From IMG/VR virus record IMGVR_UViG_3300025372_000001: a stretch of DNA of 64,000 bases, one strand, 5' to 3'. The notes under the pieces were generated by a model. It worked only from the letters and a program-made list of their open reading frames with translations. It was not told where the DNA came from and did no database searches. The stretch is from a virus (lineage: Duplodnaviria > Caudoviricetes). Of this stretch, positions 60,285 to 64,000 are shown piece after piece (within the stretch, counting starts at the first letter, position 1; each line of letters opens with the position of its first letter). The position numbers were made by a program, and so were the translations under genes.

Positions 60285-61781
60285 ATGGCAGATTTTTATT
60301 TTTATAATAATGGAAGCGGTGACACTGATTGGAACAATCCCAACAATTGGTGGCTGGATAGAGCTTATAGTAATCCAGTGGGAAGTGTTCCTACCCCTTC
60401 TTCCGGGCAACTAGTCGAAATTGATTCTAATTTAGATACCAATATTCCAAATTGGACGTTTGATGTATATATCGGCGTTGCATACGTTACTTTAACATTA
60501 GATGTTGGAAGTTTTGGTACAGTAACTTTGGGAGCTAATTCGGTGCTAACAATTCAGAGCGGAACGCTTACATTAGGCGGTAATCTTTCTAATGGGGGAA
60601 CCATAGATTTAATTGGAGGGAATATTAGTATTCTAGAAGGTAGTATTAGTAATACATATAGTATCAATATATCTGTAGGAACAACACTATTGAATTATGG
60701 AGGAATATTAGATAATAGTGCAGGTTATCTGGTTAACTACGGAACCTTTAATAATTCAGGATTTTTTGCACAAGGCAACTTTTTTAATTATGGAACATAT
60801 ATTAACAACTATTATTATTACAATAATTTAGGAGAAACCGGTTGGAATGCGGGAAACTCTTGGTGGTTCGACCCTTCTTATAGTTTTCCAGTTGATGAAG
60901 TTCCTACTTTTATTCCAAATCAAGATGTTGCTAACATATATTCTAATATTGATACCAATATTCCACAAACATTAAATATTCCTGTCAATCTTTATGCAAA
61001 TTTTACTATAGACACTAGCTTATGTTATATTTCTAGTGTTATTAATGTTTATAACTATAGTTTATTCATTATAAACAATTATGTGAATAATACAGGAACT
61101 ATTAATTTATATAATTATTCTCAATTACAAAATTTTAGTCTTATAGAAAACAATAATAGTTTAATTGTTAATAACAATGGAACTTTTACTAATAATGGTA
61201 AGCTACAAAATAATCAATCAATACAGATATTAGATAATGGAACATTGACGAGCACGTCAGGATATTTTAATAATCTCGGTGTATTTTCTATATCTTGGGG
61301 AGCATTAATTTATATAGATCAAACAAAATATTTAGGAAATTTATTTTGTAATGGCGTATTTTCGGCATCATACATTTTTTATGACAATACTCTACAACAA
61401 GAGATTGCTTCCTTGGATTATGTGTCATATAATCCAGGTATATTTCTTAATATAGTTGCTCCTAGTACTTTAGGTAGTACCATATGTCCCATTATTAATT
61501 ATAGTGCCTTAACATATACAGGGGATCAAGTGTTTTATCCTTTGATTAATAATGGTACTTTAACTACAACTAATACAGTGAATTTAAATCAACCGTTCAC
61601 TAACAATGGTTCTGTTATCAACAACGGTTCTCTTACAATATCCAGCACATTTACTACAGTGCCCTCTGCAACCCTTATTAATAATGGAACATTTGCTTAT
61701 GGAAGTTATACAACAAATTTTAAAGGACCGATTTATCCACAAGTTCCTTCTTCTGCATCATGGGGGAATATTTTCATCTAA
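60285..61781 (+). CDS. Asn/Gly-rich beta-helix-like adhesin / receptor-binding protein
   Basis: Repeated NNGTL/NNGSL; duplicated WW-containing module. Confidence 0.7.
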   Translation: MADFYFYNNGSGDTDWNNPNNWWLDRAYSNPVGSVPTPSSGQLVEIDSNLDTNIPNWTFDVYIGVAYVTLTLDVGSFGTVTLGANSVLTIQSGTLTLGGNLSNGGTIDLIGGNISILEGSISNTYSINISVGTTLLNYGGILDNSAGYLVNYGTFNNSGFFAQGNFFNYGTYINNYYYYNNLGETGWNAGNSWWFDPSYSFPVDEVPTFIPNQDVANIYSNIDTNIPQTLNIPVNLYANFTIDTSLCYISSVINVYNYSLFIINNYVNNTGTINLYNYSQLQNFSLIENNNSLIVNNNGTFTNNGKLQNNQSIQILDNGTLTSTSGYFNNLGVFSISWGALIYIDQTKYLGNLFCNGVFSASYIFYDNTLQQEIASLDYVSYNPGIFLNIVAPSTLGSTICPIINYSALTYTGDQVFYPLINNGTLTTTNTVNLNQPFTNNGSVINNGSLTISSTFTTVPSATLINNGTFAYGSYTTNFKGPIYPQVPSSASWGNIFI

Positions 61782-61816
61782 AAGTTAAAACGAAATGATA
61801 AATAGATACTAAGATC

Positions 61817-62092
61817 ATGGCTCAAATTACTTCTTCAACTCCTATCAGTGCTGCTCCTTTTAATCAATATTGGGTTCAGTCTTTAAACATCAATGGTTCT
61901 CCTGCCGGTAAAACAACTGCAACTGTTATGCTTAAACCCTTCAATGGTACATTAACTCTTGATTCTTTCAAGGTTCTAAACATTCCTGATGTATTTGGGC
62001 TTGCTGCCACTGATCCAACTTTTGCTGCCGTAGTTACTAGCTTAATCAACGAAATTGAACGTCAGGCAAAACTTAAAGGTGTAATTTCTTAA
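61817..62092 (+). CDS. small late virion protein
   Basis: TAAATA 61799-61804. Confidence 0.65.
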   Translation: MAQITSSTPISAAPFNQYWVQSLNINGSPAGKTTATVMLKPFNGTLTLDSFKVLNIPDVFGLAATDPTFAAVVTSLINEIERQAKLKGVIS

Positions 62093-62361
62093 ACAGCAAC
62101 AGGCATTGTTACTTTGCCCAAAGATTGATAGTTTTCTAAAATAGAATCAGAATATTGCCAATCAAAAATGTTAGTAAAATTCGGAGTTTGAATTCGTGGT
62201 AATTCAAACTCCGTTTTTCTTTTTAAGATTTCTTCAACTCCATCCAATTGATTTTCATAGATATGAACATTGGAAAGAAATCCGGTTAACATACCTTCTT
62301 CCAGGCATGATTCTTTTGCAAGAATATTTCATTTATTAAAGGGAATACCATAAATATAATC
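62089..62361 (-). pseudogene. thyA: 3' remnant of thymidylate synthase A
   Basis: One frame reads DYIYGIPFNK*NILAKESCLEEGMLTGFLSNVHIYENQ...IFDW...LENY...MPVAV; in-frame TGA 62329-62331 and about six codons missing relative to ThyA. Confidence 0.85.
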
Positions 62362-63126
62362 ATGGACAAGATAAAAGGAATATATGCAATAGTTAATATA
62401 GTAAATCATAAAAAATACATAGGTAGTTCGAAAAATATTAAGAAAAGATGGACTTCGCACAAAACTCGCCTCAATAGTAATATACATCATTCGGATTTCA
62501 TGCAAAGAGCATGGAACAAATACGGTAAAGACAATTTCAAGTTAACGATATTGGAAGTTTTAGATGTAGAAAGTAGTGCTAATGATTTGTTTGCTAAAGA
62601 ACAAGAATGGATTAATAAGTTAAATCCAGAATATAATGTAGGATCAGTTGGCGGGGGAGATAATTTGACTAATCATCCTCGTCGAGAGGAAATTATTGAA
62701 AAAATAACTAAATCTTCTCAAGAAAGAATGGATAATATGACCGAAGAGGATAAAGAGAAAATGCGTCAAAATTCTTTAGGTGATAAAAATCCTAATTGGA
62801 GAGGTGGAATATCAAAGATTAAAGGAGCATGTGTGGATTGCGGAACAGAAATTTGGAAAGATCGTATAAGATGTGTTCTATGTTCAAAAAAAGGAACAAA
62901 TAACCCTTTTTTCGGAAAACAGCATTCTGAAGAAACAAAAAAGAAAATGACAGATTCCCATAAAGGTAAACCTAATATTGCACAACGTAAAGCAATTATT
63001 ATAGATGGTGTATATTACGCATCATATAATGATGCAGCGTTAGCATTAGGAGTAACGGGTGCTATGATTACATATAGAGTGAAAAAGAATACACCTGGTT
63101 ATATAACCGTTCCCAATAAGTCATAA
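62362..63126 (+). mobile_element. free-standing I-TevI-like GIY-YIG homing endonuclease
   Basis: GIYAI...KYIGSS; HPRREEIIEK; CVDC..CVLC; NPFFGKQHSEETK (NUMOD3); DGVYY..AALALG...ITYRVK; TAAATA 62351-62356. Confidence 0.92.
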
Positions 63127-63807
63127 TTTAAATGCTTCGATGCTATATTGAAACGGGTTTCCATTAATCTGCTTAACAAGATTAAGCATTTCTTCAGCAA
63201 TTTCCCTAATTTCTAATTGGGCATCTAATTTATTACGTAATCCTTGAAAATGTATAAATGATCGCCAGTTAAACATTACGTCAATTTGTATTTGACTGTT
63301 ATATGTTTTGAAAAAACGAGCTGATTCTTTTGCACGTTTTCGCCCTATTACAGGTTCTAAATCTTTTAATGCTGAATGATATAATCTATTACTTAATTCA
63401 GTGTATTCTTGAAGAAGAGTTGCCCAGTCCTTATTTTCAAAAGTATCATTGGTGGTATCATCTGAATTTATATGAAAATATGACGATGATTGAACATTTT
63501 TCCAATCATTAGGAATATAGAATTTATCTTCTTTCAATTCTTTATATCTAGCACTTTCGCCATTTATAGAAACTCCGATTCTATGTTTAAGAAAATGAAT
63601 ATGAGAAGCAATATCGCTATCTACAAGAAAATGTAAAGAACTCTTTTCAAAAGGAGTATGATGCCCTTTTTCCGCTAACATTTTTAAAATAGCAGGGATT
63701 CTTTCCTTTTTTTCATTTGTTAAATTACGTGTAGTACTAGTCCATGCCGAACAAGCATGACTTTCATCCCCGCCATAATACCCAATTAATTCTACTTTAT
63801 TATTCAT
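63121..63807 (-). CDS. thyX: flavin-dependent thymidylate synthase
   Basis: HHTPFE, KHRIGVSINGESARY, NWRSFIHF..LR, AQLEIREIA. Confidence 0.95.
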   Translation of the reverse strand: MNNKVELIGYYGGDESHACSAWTSTTRNLTNEKKERIPAILKMLAEKGHHTPFEKSSLHFLVDSDIASHIHFLKHRIGVSINGESARYKELKEDKFYIPNDWKNVQSSSYFHINSDDTTNDTFENKDWATLLQEYTELSNRLYHSALKDLEPVIGRKRAKESARFFKTYNSQIQIDVMFNWRSFIHFQGLRNKLDAQLEIREIAEEMLNLVKQINGNPFQYSIEAFKL

Positions 63808-63995
63808 TTGTTATTTTTCTGTCTTACTTTTTCTCGATGAAGATTGAAACATTCTGCGCATCTCCAATTACGAATACCATTATAAGGCAAGGTATCCTTG
63901 TTTTCAACAACTACATGAAAAGGAGGTTTTTTATGACACGGTTCTTCATTTGGAAGAATACCTGATCCTACACAAATTTTCCAAACCTCTTTCAT
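63804..63995 (-). CDS. small Cys-containing hypothetical protein
   Basis: ORF track. Confidence 0.5.
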   Translation of the reverse strand: MKEVWKICVGSGILPNEEPCHKKPPFHVVVENKDTLPYNGIRNWRCAECFNLHREKVRQKNNK

Positions 63996-64000
63996 AATAT

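Noticed and set aside
62089-63126. Group I intron in thyA encoding the GIY-YIG enzyme
   Set aside because: The endonuclease is antisense to thyA, no intron core is recognisable, no 5' exon is in the window, and the 3' part has a stop and a deletion.
1240-63965. Short antisense or overlapping ORFs of 60-110 aa in the track (e.g. 1240-1476, 16586-16846, 37382-37687, 53368-53706)
   Set aside because: They lie opposite or inside well-supported genes, have atypical composition and show no motifs.
1-64000. Stop-codon reassignment
   Set aside because: Conserved genes are full length in code 11 and end in TAA, TAG or TGA; the internal stops seen (7692, 62329) are isolated.
1-64000. CRISPR array or diversity-generating retroelement
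   Set aside because: No regularly spaced direct repeats, no reverse transcriptase, and no template/variable repeat pair noticed by eye.

Overview
AT-rich 64 kb segment of a large T4-like (myovirus, probably jumbo-sized) phage genome, standard genetic code. Hallmarks include a tail-tube-like gene, gp4-like head-completion nuclease, clamp loader, DNA ligase, 5'-3' exonuclease, Dda/RecD-like helicase, PhoH, Hsp20 and IF-1. There are two tRNA genes, sigma70-type early promoters and about 20 T4-late-type TAAATA promoters. One secreted-protein gene resembles Verrucomicrobia proteins, which is a tentative host hint. Main highlights: (1) a free-standing, intron-less I-TevI-like GIY-YIG endonuclease sits on the I-TevI homing site of a decayed thyA, next to an intact thyX, suggesting endonuclease-driven replacement of one thymidylate synthase family by the other; (2) a candidate late-expressed virion glycosylation system (two-enzyme rhamnose pathway, three glycosyltransferases, a mucin-like Thr/Cys-rich protein); (3) a minimal class II aaRS-like ligase coupled to a MazG-like enzyme; (4) an initiator-like tRNA with a 20-nt variable region, overlapped by a frameshifted endonuclease that the ORF track misses; (5) at least five late proteins with a T4 capsid-targeting-like N-terminus, including a 2H phosphodiesterase. 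All family calls come from motif recognition by eye; no searches were run.
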